In this document: in pieces, positions 1-12,376 of the stretch
How positions within the stretch are numbered: position 1 is the first letter of the stretch
Layout: each line of letters begins with the position of its first letter
Assembly: GCF_018977255.1 (NCBI RefSeq)
Contig: NW_024704743.1
Location: 105,650,001-105,714,000, forward strand
DNA: 64,000 nt
Reading direction: 5' to 3'
Source: Callorhinchus milii
Lineage: Eukaryota
Translations under genes and position numbers: made by a program
The notes under the pieces: model-generated
Seen by the model: the letters and a program-made list of their open reading frames with translations, nothing else
What the model was told of the DNA's origin: nothing
The model's database searches: none

Positions 1-1224
1 CAACCTCATTGTAATTAAAAATACCTAGCACATTATTGCCAAAACAGTGAATCATTTCACATCAATATGAGCTGGAGGGAACAGGTTTAAAGAGGAGCTT
101 GAACTCAAGAACCCAACAGCCATCAGCTCAACAAAGGATAAGTGGATAACACTTTTTTTCAAAACAAAATTCTAGATAATAAAAAGCCAGGGCTGAAAAT
201 GATAAGAGAGAAATGTATATGAATCAATTAATATCTGTGATGGTTAGATGAAGGTTAAGATTGTTTTTTCTTGGTTAATCAGTTGCCTGACACATGCAGA
301 AATCCATCTCCCCAAGTTCCTCATACGTGTGTCACCCACCCAAGCCGACTTCTGTGTCTGTAATGGGATGCGCACTACGTCCCTGGAGATAGTGCACGTT
401 CGCTGCTTACCTAATTCTGGAAAGTATTAGGTGGGCGTTGGTGACAATCTGCGCTTGGGAGACCCCAGAGTATGCGATGGGATATTGTTGAAATCCGAGA
501 CGCTACCCTGCGCGAACAGCGCTGTATAAGTGCAAGGTGTTGTTGTTAGGGCTTTGGTGTGCAGAATTAACAAAAGTCGGGGGTAGGGGCGGGGGTAGAA
601 TCCCGGCCCCTCGTCGTCCCCTCCAATTCCTTGCCAACAAGGAGGACAGTCACGGGTTGGTCATTTTGACACCCCGTAGGTTTCAGCCCTCAGCAGGTGG
701 ATGGATGGCAGGAAATCCCTGCGAGGCACAGCCCAGCCCGAAATGAGCCAGAGCCTGGCCGTCATCCTCCTGCCCAACGCGCGGACACCGGTCCCTGCCC
801 ACTGAGCCACTGGGGTTTGATGTATTTGAGGGCTAACAGGGGAGGCCAAAGGTGATTCAGTTGAACAGGTTGAGAGGTGTGTCTGGTACAAATGACCTTT
901 CTGTGCTGAACATCTCTATGTTTATACACACACACACGCGCGCAATAATAATCCCTACATTTGATAAACAGCGCTATATCAAATGCAAGGATTATTATTA
1001 TTATTATTATTATCCTTATTGTCACGACCTCGAAAGGATCTTTCAAGGGCTCAAAAGGTTTCAACGGGATTGATCTGGTAAACCGCGGCGCGGTGGGTGA
1101 CTGGAGGCGAATGACAGCCATACAATACAATACTCAGCTCACGGGCCTACAATAACAGTGCGAAGAAAAACAAAAGGGCGAACACGATTTTATTTAAAAA
1201 AAAATAAAAAATAAAAAGGGGTCT

Positions 1225-1272
1225 CGTGTGCGCGCGCGCGCGCGCGCGTGTGTGTGCGTGTGAGAGAGAGAG
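1225..1272. repeat. (CG)n/(TG)n alternating purine-pyrimidine tract followed by (GA)n
   Basis: cgtgtgcgcgcgcgcgcgcgcgtgtgtgtgcgtgtgagagagag. Confidence 0.9.
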
Positions 1273-1730
1273 AAAGGGAAGAGAAACCGCGCTGTGTAAA
1301 TAAAGAGGAAACGCCGCTCGAGCGGCTCACACCGGGGGCTCCGGGCCCGTCCGGCCCGGGGCAAAGGTGGCAACGAGGAGCCGCGGCCCCGGGGGACAGC
1401 GGCGGAGAAATAAGCACCTGTTTATCTGACCCGTCGCCGTGTTGTTCGCGGCGACGTTGTTGTTATGGTTAGTAGTATTGTTATGGGCTGATGATGATGA
1501 TGATTTAGGTGTGATTCAAGAGACCATAACCTCCTCCTCAGCTCAGCGCCCGAGGAGGAGGCCGCTGCGCAAACACTGGAGCTGCCCCTCGCGACTGATG
1601 GTGGTGGGGTGGGGGGTGTGGGGGGGGGGGGGGTGGAGAGTGACCGTTATTACCCGTTACTGTGAGGCGCTCGCTCCCCGGTGATTCTTTTTAAAAAGCA
1701 AACAAACGGTCACCCGGGCGCGAGACTCAC

Positions 1731-1785
1731 CCGCACCCTGAGCCGAGCCACAACGTCACCGTCAGCTGCGACCGAGCGAGGGGTA
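1731..1785 (-). other. Candidate short (probably non-coding) first exon
   Basis: Consensus donor CGG|GTGAGT on the minus strand (ACTCAC at 1725-1730) directly downstream of the E-box cluster. The 5' boundary is approximate. Confidence 0.45.
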
Positions 1786-1862
1786 GTCATGTGACAGATC
1801 ACGTGATCTGCTCTTCTCCCCCCCCTCCCTTTTCGGCGCCACGTGACCGCTCGCCAGCCGAG

Positions 1863-2126
1863 CAATGCGGTCGGATTGGGCGGGTTTCACGCCCAATTGG
1901 GCGGGTTTTTGTTGCACGGCGACCGCCTGTTTTTTTGGGGGGAAAAAAACAGCTTTAACTTACACCTGCAAAACGTGTTTTCTCCCATTTGAAGAACTTT
2001 TCCGACGCAGTTTCATAAGCATTCACTCTGCTACCCATAGGAGGCAACGTGTGATGTTGGGCTACTTTCGCGCTTGTACTTGGTGGACTTTGGGCTACAA
2101 ACGGGCTTTAATGTCTGGCCACAGTG
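1863..2126. mobile_element. Probable degenerate non-autonomous DNA transposon (MITE-like)
   Basis: Imperfect terminal inverted repeats caatgcggtcgga / tctggccacagtg (9/13 match). Internal repeated ttgggcgggttt and ttgggctac motifs. Confidence 0.4.
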
Positions 2127-2267
2127 GGGGCTCTCTCTGATTGACTTGACCTCCAGCAGCAAACACCGCAGGTCTGGTTCATTCAGAAGCTCACACGATA
2201 GGTCCGGGTGAAGGAGGGTGAAGATCCATCTGATCTCATCCCCTCTACAACACCTCCCCCCATCACG

Positions 2268-2952
2268 ACAACAACAACAACAAGATTACACTTGTATAGC
2301 GCCTTTCACGTCGGGAGGACGTCCCAAGGCGCTGGGCAGAGTACAGCATTTCAGACCTGAGCTGGGGTCATGGGGGAGAAGGGAGGGGAAGGGGGTTGGC
2401 CGATGCCATGGTCGAAGAGGAGGGTCTTGAGGTGGGGTTTGAAGGAGGATAAGGAGGGGGTGAGGCGGAGTGACTGGGTGATGGAATTCCAGAGGTTGGG
2501 GGCAGAGTGGCTGAAGGCTCTCCCGCCAATGGTGGGGTGGGTGGGTCGGGGGACGTGGAGCAGGCCAGAGCCGGCTGAGCGGAGGGAACGGGCGGGTTGG
2601 TAGGAGGTTAGGAGGTCGCAGAGGTAGGGTGGGGCGAGGCCATGGAGAGCTTTGTATGTGAGGACCGGGATCTTGAACTAGATCCTCTGTAGGATAGGGA
2701 GTCAGTGCAGTCGGGCGAGAGTGGGGGAGATGGAGTCACGGAGTTTGGTGCAGGAGAAGACACGGGCTGCAGAGTTCTGGATTATCTGCAGCCTGTGGAG
2801 GGAGGAGTTGGGAAGGCCGACAAGCAGGGCATTTGCATAGTCGAGCCTGGAGGTGATGAAGGCATGAACAAGAGTTTCAGCGGCGTGAGGGGTGAGGTAG
2901 TGGCGGAGTCGGGCGATGTTATGAAGGTGAGGGAAGGCAGAGCGGGTCATGG
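2268..2952 (-). mobile_element. L2-clade LINE 3' fragment
   Basis: ORF2 C-terminal motifs (LVHAFITSRLDYANALL, LQIIQNSAAR, LARLH). 3' tail GGGACGTCCTCCCGACGTGAAAGGCGCTATA ending in (GTT)n. Confidence 0.9.
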
Positions 2953-2957
2953 TTTGA

Positions 2958-3318
2958 ACAATGACAACAACAAAATTACATTTGTATAGCGCCTTTTAAG
3001 TCAGGAGGACATCCCAAGGCGCTGGACAGACAGAGTTTCGGACCCGAGCTGGGGGTCGGGTCGGGAGGGTGGAAGGCAGGGGGTGAAGGAGGGTGATCAA
3101 AAGCACGGTCTAAGAGCAGGGTCTTGAGATGAGTCTTGAAGGAGGCGAGGGAGGGGCTGAGGCTCAGGGACTGTGGGATGGAGTTCCAGAGGGCGGGGGC
3201 AGAGTGACAAAAGGTCTGCCCCAATAGTGGGGTGAGCGAGGCGGGGGACATTAAGCAGACTGGAGCACGCTGAGCGGAAGGAGCAAGCACGATGGTAGGG
3301 CGTTAGGAGGTTTGGCTG
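2958..3318 (-). mobile_element. Second L2 3' fragment, tandem to the previous one
   Basis: APALWNSIPQSL...FKTHLKT motif, same 3' tail and (GTT)n end. Confidence 0.85.
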
Positions 3319-3519
3319 CAACATTTGCCCACAAATTGTACACAGTCACTACTGCATCAAGCAGCTTTTGAAATGTCCCAGCGTCCCTGATCTCCGCCAC
3401 CTTTCATGGAAACATTTTTTGCAGTCTGTTGCTCATCTGCTTCAAGCTGGCCAGTAAATTTTCAAACCCACCCACAGGCTAAGGCTATGGGTAGGCTGGT
3501 CCCAGCTCAACCCGGCAGC

Positions 3520-3916
3520 AATAATAAATAATAATAATGCTTGCATTTGATATAGGACCTTATCATACCATCGAGACATCGAAAAGTGCTTCACAGGATA
3601 TACTGTGAAGTGTAGTGACTGTGTGCTTTGTGTGCGAACAGCGGCAGACAATTGCGCATTGATAATAATGACAATAATCCTTGCATTTGATATAGAGCTT
3701 TTCATGTCTTCTAGACGTTTCAAAGTGCTTCACAGAATATACTGTAAAGTGAATTGACCGTATATTTGTGGGCGAAACACGGCAGCCAATTTCGCACAGC
3801 AGTGTCCCACAAACATTCGTGGATTGAAAATGACCAATTTGTTATTGCTTTGTGTTGGAGGGATTAATATTAGGCGTGTGGAGTGATGAAATTTGCCCAA
3901 GGATTCGTCCTGCCTG
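3520..3916 (-). mobile_element. Two stacked SINE copies (partial 3520-3660; head-truncated 3661-3916)
   Basis: Two (AAT)n-CTTGCATTTGATATAG tails with SINE body sequence. Confidence 0.85.
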
Positions 3917-6900
3917 ATAATGATAGTATAAGAATTCTAGTACTCTCAGTGACAAGCTGTGTGCAAATTGGCTGCAGCATTTGCCCACAAATTGCATAGT
4001 CACATCATTTTACAGTGTACCTTATAAATATTTATTTGAATAAATATGTATTTACAGTGTATGCTTTGATGTGATGAAGTGGAAGCTTTCTGAATTGCCT
4101 TTCTTGAGAAAACTAGGTTTGCTTGAGAGCTTTAATATGTGTTTTCCATGCACAAAGAACCAGTGATATAAAGCATACATGAATGTTTATGCCAGAGCTG
4201 GCCTTCCTAGGTTATAAGAGTGATATATTTCAGATATGTTGAAATACATGAAACTCCCAGTCTAATTTCACAATTGAAGAGGGATGTAGTTCCGTAACTG
4301 CGTAGCCAATCTGTCTTGCACACCACACTTCTTTGTATTCTGCTGATTCATGCCTCCTAGCCATTAGCCTTCTCTTATTCCTTCATTTTCTTCTCCACCT
4401 TGGGGGCCTGCTGTCTGGATTCATTTGTAGGCATGAATAATTGTGTGCTTCTATCACCCAATCTGACTGATTTTCACTAATATCTTACCAAAGATTCCTC
4501 TGTTACAATCTGCCGTGGAGAAATAGAGAAAGTTGACAAAACTGTGTAGCCACGATAAATCTCATTCGTAAAGCACTGAAATGCTACCCCTCATGAAGGG
4601 TCCTATATAACTGGAAGTTGTAAGTTCTTCAGATGTCAAGCTGAGCTTCTGTCTTCCTGTTCAGGTGGATGCTAAAGATTCTACGATTCAAGATGAGAAT
4701 GGAATTTGTCTTGGTGGCCTTGCCGACAACCCTTCTTAGAAAATTAGTTTGTACCTTGTGGCAATTTGTAGGATGTTGCTTTATGCAAATTAACTGCCAC
4801 ATTCGCGTACAAAATACAGTCACAACAATTTACAATTTAAATCCTGTGCACACAGCAGCTACATCCTACATCAACTTGCATTTATAAAGTGCCCTTCACA
4901 CAGGGCAATGTCTCAGATTATTATCAGTGGCGGTGCCTGATGGTAAGGCATTGATCTATGTTCGTGATTCCACTACGCCTGTACTCCTGCCTCAGTCATG
5001 ACATTGGAAGAGATATGAAAAGAACAATAGGTATTTTAAAGACAGAAGATTAGTGAGCAAGTCATGCAGGTCCTCCATAATGTCATTCAGTTCATTGATG
5101 CTACGGGTTTGATAGATGCCTTGAGCAACTTGCCTACCTAATCTCTTGACCTGCAATTGCCTTGTGGGACAGAGAAACATGAAGAACAGAATAAATAACA
5201 AAACAATGCCTGCTATTCTGCTTATTTCACGCTCCCCATGTTGTTATGCTTTTTTACGGCTGGCTACATTCACCTTCGATGCTTCCTTTGGTTCTACCCA
5301 CATGCATCATAATTTTTATTCTAAATAAACAACATTTGCATGTGCACCTCAGAGCACCTTGTAGTTACAATTTCTATAATTTTTGTGCTTTGAACATGAG
5401 TTGAATTCGGGTAGAAAATCTTTTGTGGTTTCCTTCGCCTCAAGAAGCATTTTAAGGAGAAGTAACAAAAATAAGAAACAAGCACAATACATTGGAAGTG
5501 ATGAAACAAGGCAGAGTTCTATTAAGTGCTGTTAATGTTTGTACAAACATAGGAGAAGGAGCAGGTCATTTGGCCCATCAAGCTTCTCTCATAACGTCTA
5601 TGGCAACTTTAGTTCATATCCCTTAAAATCCCTACTTGCCACATATCTATAAAAAATGTCCACATTAAATCCAAGTGACTTAATCATTTCATCACTCCAT
5701 TTTTTAATTGATTGTGATTGACATGCAGGTGTTTGATAGCTTGATAGTGTGCAGCACAACAGTCTCTTTGTCTTTCTAAGAGTATCTGAATGGTCAAGTA
5801 GAGAAGGCACAAGGTGAAGGAATTTTGAAAGAGAATTTCAGAGATTTCTAAAGCAAAATGTAATGAGAAAATCCTAAGCATCCTAGGTCAGCGGCAGAGA
5901 AATAAGATTTCACAGTCATCAGCTTCTCAGTTGTTTTTGAAGGCAGGTTATGCTCTATTTGTTTCTCCCCTTTGGTTTACGCAGATCAAGTATCTCCTGC
6001 AACCAAGGAAGCAGGGTGACCAGCTCTCAGCTCTCTGCTACGGTGCTTTTGCACATTGAATGACGGTCCCTTTCTCCTTACAGACAATGCTTGGCCTCTG
6101 CTCAACACCTCTCTGCACTGATACAGATGAGAGCAGCTCAACAGAATAGGGAATTAAATGTGTGCTCCACTAATCTGTGCCTTTCACACTGTATGAATAT
6201 TTAGAAGTGCTTAACTGTGGTAATGCTTTGCAAGTTCTGTATAATTTATAACTCAAAACCTATTCTGTATTATAATCAAGACCCAAAAGAAAAAAACCCT
6301 AAAAGATGCACTTAATTCCTTTTCGATCTGAACAGAACTGAAAGTGTTCCAGAAAAGAGAAATTTTACTTTGTAAATACAGATAACCAGAGGGCACTTGA
6401 GAAAGTGCTATTGATAATGCTCCTCTTTTCACAACTGTAGATCAATTTAATATCCGATCAGATTTCACATATCCTGCAGATTCTTAAGAGTCATATCTTC
6501 TGACTCATTGATTCTCAGTTTGTTACCAAAATTTAGCAAACTATCCGTTCTGTAATGTCAAGAAAAGCAGGAAATGGGGCTGAATTTTATCTGATAAATT
6601 GCTGTTTGGTTTAGACAATTATCTTTCACCTCCTTCCCCATCCACATAAATAAATCAAAATAAACTCTAAAAATGATCCCATCAATGTCGAAGGAGCAAT
6701 AGACATGTGTGTTTTACTACTTCCAAGGAGACAGATAAAAGATTTGTTTAGATTTGTGTTTTATTAGTTTCCCAGCTCAGCACGTAAAATATCCAGAAAG
6801 ATTTGAATTTTGCGAACATTAGTTTGCACTTATACATGCAGGTTGAACGTGTCAAAGCACATCAAAAAGACAATGGGGATTCAGAGTAGGGAGTAAAGAA

Positions 6901-8657
6901 GGCGAATTTAAGGGTGTTGAATAAAGGCACTGCCAAAAAGAGACATTTATAAGAGGGTTCTGAAGGCAGAATAATCGGTAATATGGTTGCACTTGAATGT
7001 AATACCATACTAGCAACATTTTTCTATTTCATTGAACTTTTTTTAAATTCCTGCCAGATAATGTTGTACCTGTTTTTTACATGCAGCTGTGCGTCCCAGC
7101 CCTGTGTGTTAATGAATGATACTCCATATTAGTGCAGTATATGCCTGTTGGTATGGCAGCCAGTCAGACACTCGTTCAATGGTATGGCACCATCACTTTA
7201 TTCAGCAGGGAGTTCAACGTATCCTCTTTAATCACTGGCTTTCGTGCAATTTTCAGAGGAAGGTCATTTCTGAATCGTTTCTGCTGTCAGTGTGACTTGT
7301 GGAGCTCAGGACTCAGATTAAATGCTTGACTGAACATTGCTAATGTCCAAATGATTTGGGTGGCTCACACTAAAAACCGACAGGTTGATATTTCCAATAA
7401 TTAATCGAAAAAGTTTCACGATGCATCTGAATGTGTTCATTGCTTGCTGCCTGTACAGTGAGGAAAAAACTGTTTGAACAGGTCAAGTGACTTGAATTAG
7501 GTAGTTAAGCCTGTCAAATCCACTTATTGCTGCAGGTGAGTTGGGATTATTTCCACCAGTAGAAAAACAGATCCTTTGTCTGCCACCAACATTTTAGTGC
7601 TTTGCTCAAGTAGATAGATTTGTTTGCTCCTGAAGCCAGTCAAAAACCTGCTCACAGTCTTTCTGACTGCAATCTGGGAGGTTCATGTCTTATTGTTTAC
7701 AGTCAGCATATTGCCCCAGATGTGGTGATAACTACAATATGCAATAATAATTCTTGCATTTCATATCCCATTTTATGTCATTAAAATTTCTCAAAGTGCT
7801 TCACACCATTTACTGTAGTGACTGTAGTTTGAAGGTGAATGCAACAGCCAATTTGCACACAGCAAACAGCCATGAAGTGAATGATCGGTTGACTGACACC
7901 TATGCGGAAACCAATCGCCATGATTAAGATCACCCAAATCAAACTGAGAATTCCATGCATCCCACCCACACATGGAAATTCCAGAGTTAGATGGTTGGAA
8001 TGGAATGCTCACTCTCTCCCAGGAGGGACGCATTTTACTTACCTATTTCCAGAAAGTATTAGGCGCAAGTTGGAAAGAGCCAAGCCTGGGGACCACAGAT
8101 TGTGCATTGGGGTACTGCTGAAGCCTAACCAGCTAAAACCACATAGTTTGCCATTGATATTGCTGTCTCGCAAGTTTTCCCGCTGCTTGTCCAGCTAGGA
8201 CCACCCTATCCATAAGGGTTTGGGCTTACAGGGTTAACAGGAGCTGAGCGGGATGACTCCCTGCCTCCAGTGACTGGTCTGCCCTCCAGGTCCTGCTAAT
8301 GAGCCAGGCTGGCTTGGCTGTTATCAGCAGTGCACTGGAATAGCATGGACCCACCTGACTCAGGATCTGGACTACTGAAACTGCCACAGGGCTAGATCGA
8401 TTCCGACATTCTGTTACCTTGAAGCCAGTACAGCTCTAAAAAGACCCTGCTTACCAAACTGTTTTGTAAATCTTTGTGTGAAGTAAGTTTTTGAATTTAT
8501 CATACTATTGAGGTTCAGTAGCTCTTAAATGCTACTTTGAAGTAGTCTTTATTGCTCTCAGAGCGTATTTTCATTATAAACAACATATTTTTTATTTGGC
8601 AGGTTAACAGCGGAAGCATGCTGTTGGCAATTCTGCAACCCATAAAATATATTGAGG

Positions 8658-8973
8658 AATAATAATAATAATCCATGCATTTGATATAGCGCTTTTCACG
8701 TCGGGAGAACATCCCAAAGCGCTTCACAGAACACACTGTAAAGTGAATTGACTGTATATTTGTGGGCGAACGCGGCAGCCAATTGCGCACAGCAATGTCC
8801 CACAAACAGTCGTAGATTGAAAATGACCAATTTATTATTGTTTTTGGTTTTGGAGGGATTATTATTAGGCGTGTGGAGTAAGGAAACTTGCCCAAGGTTT
8901 CGTCCTGCCTGGAATTGAACTCAGGTCTCTCACTTGCAAAGCAAGTGCTCTAACCACTGAGCTACAAGACTCC
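8658..8973 (-). mobile_element. Full-length young tRNA-derived SINE
   Basis: Head GGAGTCTTGTAGCTCAGTGGTTAGAGC (A box), anticodon-like loop TTTGCAA, B box GAGTTCAATTCC, L2-like tail, (ATT)n end. Confidence 0.92.
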
Positions 8974-11199
8974 ACAATGCTAATCTTTTGATATCTATCA
9001 ATCAATATACAGTATTATAAATTAATTAACTTTTTCAATGTTGAAACAATTGCATTGCTGAAATAATAGGAATGGATATTAGCAGGGATTTTTAACAGGA
9101 TTCCTTAAGGAAGACAATTCATAGAAATGCTGCTCCGATGGATATGCTTTCAAAACAAAATTCCTTCAGGTCAGAATGTCATGCATAATGTACTTCCAGT
9201 TATTGAAAGGAGTTCCCGCTAGAATTCCTTATTAAGGAATCCCACCATATATTCAATCGCTTTAAGATGTGAAGGAAAATCAGGTGAAAGCTTTACAAAT
9301 CTATATTTATAAATATAGATCCCTGACTGCATGCCCCAAACGTGTAATTTGATTACTATTGATTGCAAAGTTCACTTATTTTGTATCTTAATGGTTGTGG
9401 CAGTGTGGGAATCAATCACATTGCACTTGTTTGTTAATGAATAAACCAATAAACATTTCACAAATTAAATGTTAACTTGTCTCTGCGCAGTATAATTTCT
9501 ACAAGGTTTATGAAACAGACCGAGATCGTTATCAATAGAAAAGAATTGCTACTGTTACCATCGCCACTAGTCAGCTAGGTTAGAGCATGCAGATGAGGAA
9601 AAAGAAACGACCAAGGATAGAACCCTACGGAAAGCCACATGTGACCATGGATAATTTAAGTGTCTCTAAATTGAGCTTCAATAAGTCGATATTGAGCTAT
9701 GCTTGCCTAGTGGCAATGCCTAGATGAGATCAGCTAACCCTGTGAAGTAAACCCTTGGTTTACCAGACTTTGGGTATCCAGAATTCATACTTAGCTGGAT
9801 CGGGTCCGAAACAGAGACATTTTACTAAATTTCCACATGTCCGTACGCATTTTAACTCCTGCCGGCCTGTTATCTTAGTGCATCCCCACCTCACTGTGCT
9901 TGCTGGCCTTCATCAGCAATATTGACTTTGATTCAGTTTGAATCCAGTAAGGAGAAGATAGCTTATTCACTAACTTCTGCTGTTTCCTTCATTGTTTAAT
10001 GCATGCCTAGCAGTAGCTATGTATCTGATGCTGGTAACATGTGCAGGATATTACCGCAGATAAGAAAGTGGACAAGGATTGATGCAATGCAATAGAGTTT
10101 TATTGTAACAAATACAAAAGTTATTAAAGTCATTTGATCAGCTATTATTTGGGTGTGGTATACTCTTCAGCAGAAAAGAATTACCACTGTTACTGTCGCC
10201 AATAGCTACTATTGTCACTAACCTCGCAAACAGCATATTATTGTACAATAAAAATAAATGTAACAAACAGTAGCCATTTCAGAAAGTGAAAGACAACTAG
10301 TATCTGAATGCAGAAGCACTTGATATCAGCAAAGGTCTCAAATGCCAAATCCCTGACTGATTGCTTTCCCCTCCCTAGCCTGGAGTTGTTGAAACTAGTG
10401 TTTTGGGCCTTCAGGCCTGCATGGCACAATATTAAGAGTGGTACATTTATTCACTGTGAGTTCACATAACTTTTTGTAAAAAATCAATTTCTTTTCCATT
10501 TGCCATCTTGCAGCAGCTGGTAGTAAACGCAATAACCGTTCCGTGTTAATGATCATGAAAATAATTGCCCTTGGATATTTATTTTTTGCAAGGTTATTCT
10601 GGTAATATACAAATTATTCACGAAGTACTTCAACATCTCACATATTATGTAATCGTCTTCAATCCAAAAATACACAGTGCAATTGTTGTTCACAAAAGGT
10701 TAATCTCTTAGCACAATGTTGCTTAAAATGATTCATTGCGTGGAGGCAAGGTTTTGTGGGGAACAGAGCTTATAGATGGCAACAAAGTTCTCACTTTTGG
10801 CAGTGCAATCAATGAATAGAAATGTGAGAGAAGAAGCAGGAAATACAAACAGAATAAATGAGTTGACTGTTCCTGCTCCTGCAGAGTGCCAAAGTTAGTG
10901 AAGGAAAGCCAAGAAAAATAGGTAACAGCTCCAACCGATGGTAGAGATAATATCAAAAGTGCAATGAAGCACTCAAATTTAGGTTAAAGGGAATTGCACA
11001 CATTTTCAAGTGAGGAGATTTTATGAACAGTCAGTGTTTTTGCAAAGTCAATTTTCTATGCTGTGTAGTGAGAGGATGTAGGCTCCTCTGATTATCAGAG
11101 ATGTGCTGCATTGCTACACAAATGTTCTGTGTGGAAACCAGGCTCCTCTGCACACAGATATGGAATGTCAGATAACATTTTAGATTTGGGATTTCTATA

Positions 11200-11605
11200 G
11201 CACCTTAGCAGGTTTTAAAGCACTTGACAGGGAATTGGTGTTACAAATAAATGGCAAACTCCCCCCAAAAAAACAAATCTAATTGGTTTGCGGATAATCA
11301 ATTTGGGCTAAGTGAGTCCCACAAACAATCATGAGGTGATTGAGTAATTGATCTGGAGAATTGTTGGTCTGGACACCGGAAGAAATTCTCTTTTCTATTT
11401 GAAGAATATGATGTGATTTTTAACATCAGCCCGAAGAGCAGGTGGACAGAAATTTGGTTTAATATCTCATATGAGGCTCAGCACCTCTCACAATGCAGTA
11501 CTCTGGCTGTACTGCACTGCAATTTCAGCCAAGCTATAAACTCAAGTTCTGACATGGGGCTTGAACCCAGATGTGACAGTGCTACCAAATGAGTCAAACT
11601 GACAC
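11200..11605 (-). mobile_element. Old Deu-domain-type SINE
   Basis: tRNA-like head (GGTAGCAC...GGGTTCAAGCCCC) and central block (GCTGA...GCAGTGCAGTAC...GAGGTGC...TTAAACC) shared with many diverged copies in the window. Confidence 0.65.
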
Positions 11606-12144
11606 TGAAAGAAAGGAAAAGATAAACCAATCAACAAAACTTTCACATTGTTTGATGGTGTAAATGAAATCCAATGGAATGGTTTGAGGCCAGGATGAGG
11701 CTGGATTCATTTAAGAAACTGTTTAAGGCTGAATGGAAAGAATTTAAGGTGGTTGTCCATAAGGATGAGAACAAATGGGATCAAGCAATTTCTTCACACC
11801 GCAAGATCACAAGATTGGTTTGGATGAAGAAGACCCTTCGACCCATTTAATCTCATCTTTCTAGAATACCTAACCTACCATCCTATGTTTTCTTTGAAAA
11901 GAAAAGAGAATTTCTACCAGTGACCTGGCCAACAATCCTCCAAATAAAATGGATCATTCACTTCATGGCTGTATGTGGGATATTGCTGTGCGGAAAATGG
12001 CTGCTGAGTTTGGTTACAAATAGAAATTACTCATATTTTATCCTGTGAAGTGCTTTGAGAAGCTCTCTCCCAATGTCTCAAATGTATTGAATGTAATGGT
12101 CTAAAGCGCTACAATACAAACTTGCATTTGTATAGCACCCTTCC

Positions 12145-12376
12145 ACAACAACAACAACAAGATTCCATTTATAAAGCGCCTTTCACGTCAGGAGGACGTC
12201 CCAAGGCGCTGCACAGTTGGGTCATGACCCGAGCAGGGGGGAAATGGTCAGGGTGAGGGAAGGGAGGGAGCGAGGAGGGGGGAAATGGTCGGGGTGAGGG
12301 GAGGGAAGGGAGGGAGCAAGGAGGGAGGAAATGGTCAGGGTGAGGGGAGGGAAGGGAGGGAGCGAGGAGGGGGAAG
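12145..12376 (-). mobile_element. Short L2 3' end with a 3-unit ~41-46 bp purine-rich tandem repeat
   Basis: L2 tail at 12145-12215. gaaatggtc recurs at 12241, 12282 and 12328. Confidence 0.8.

Larger units (their letters stand above)
1060..1950. promoter_or_regulatory. CpG-island promoter of an unidentified gene, probably transcribed on the minus strand
   Basis: High GC and CpG density against an AT-rich background. E-boxes GTCATGTGAC (1786-1795), CAGATCACGTGATCTG (1795-1810, perfect palindrome) and CCACGTGACC (1839-1848). ATTGG and GGCGGG boxes at 1875-1908. Confidence 0.75.

Noticed and set aside
25..192. Possible minus-strand exon (good polypyrimidine acceptor at 193, GT at 24)
   Set aside because: Stops in all three frames and no recognisable peptide. 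It could be a UTR exon but is unsupported.
3992..4004. 13-nt match to the 5' end of miR-153 (TTGCATAGTCACA)
   Set aside because: It lies in a degraded SINE body, the rest mismatches, and there is no hairpin.
8515..8895. Recurrent [16 protein letters not shown]...YYYY ORFs (also 12762, 16345, 18499, 29021, 35032)
   Set aside because: These are SINE body read-throughs, mostly with non-ATG starts, not a gene family.
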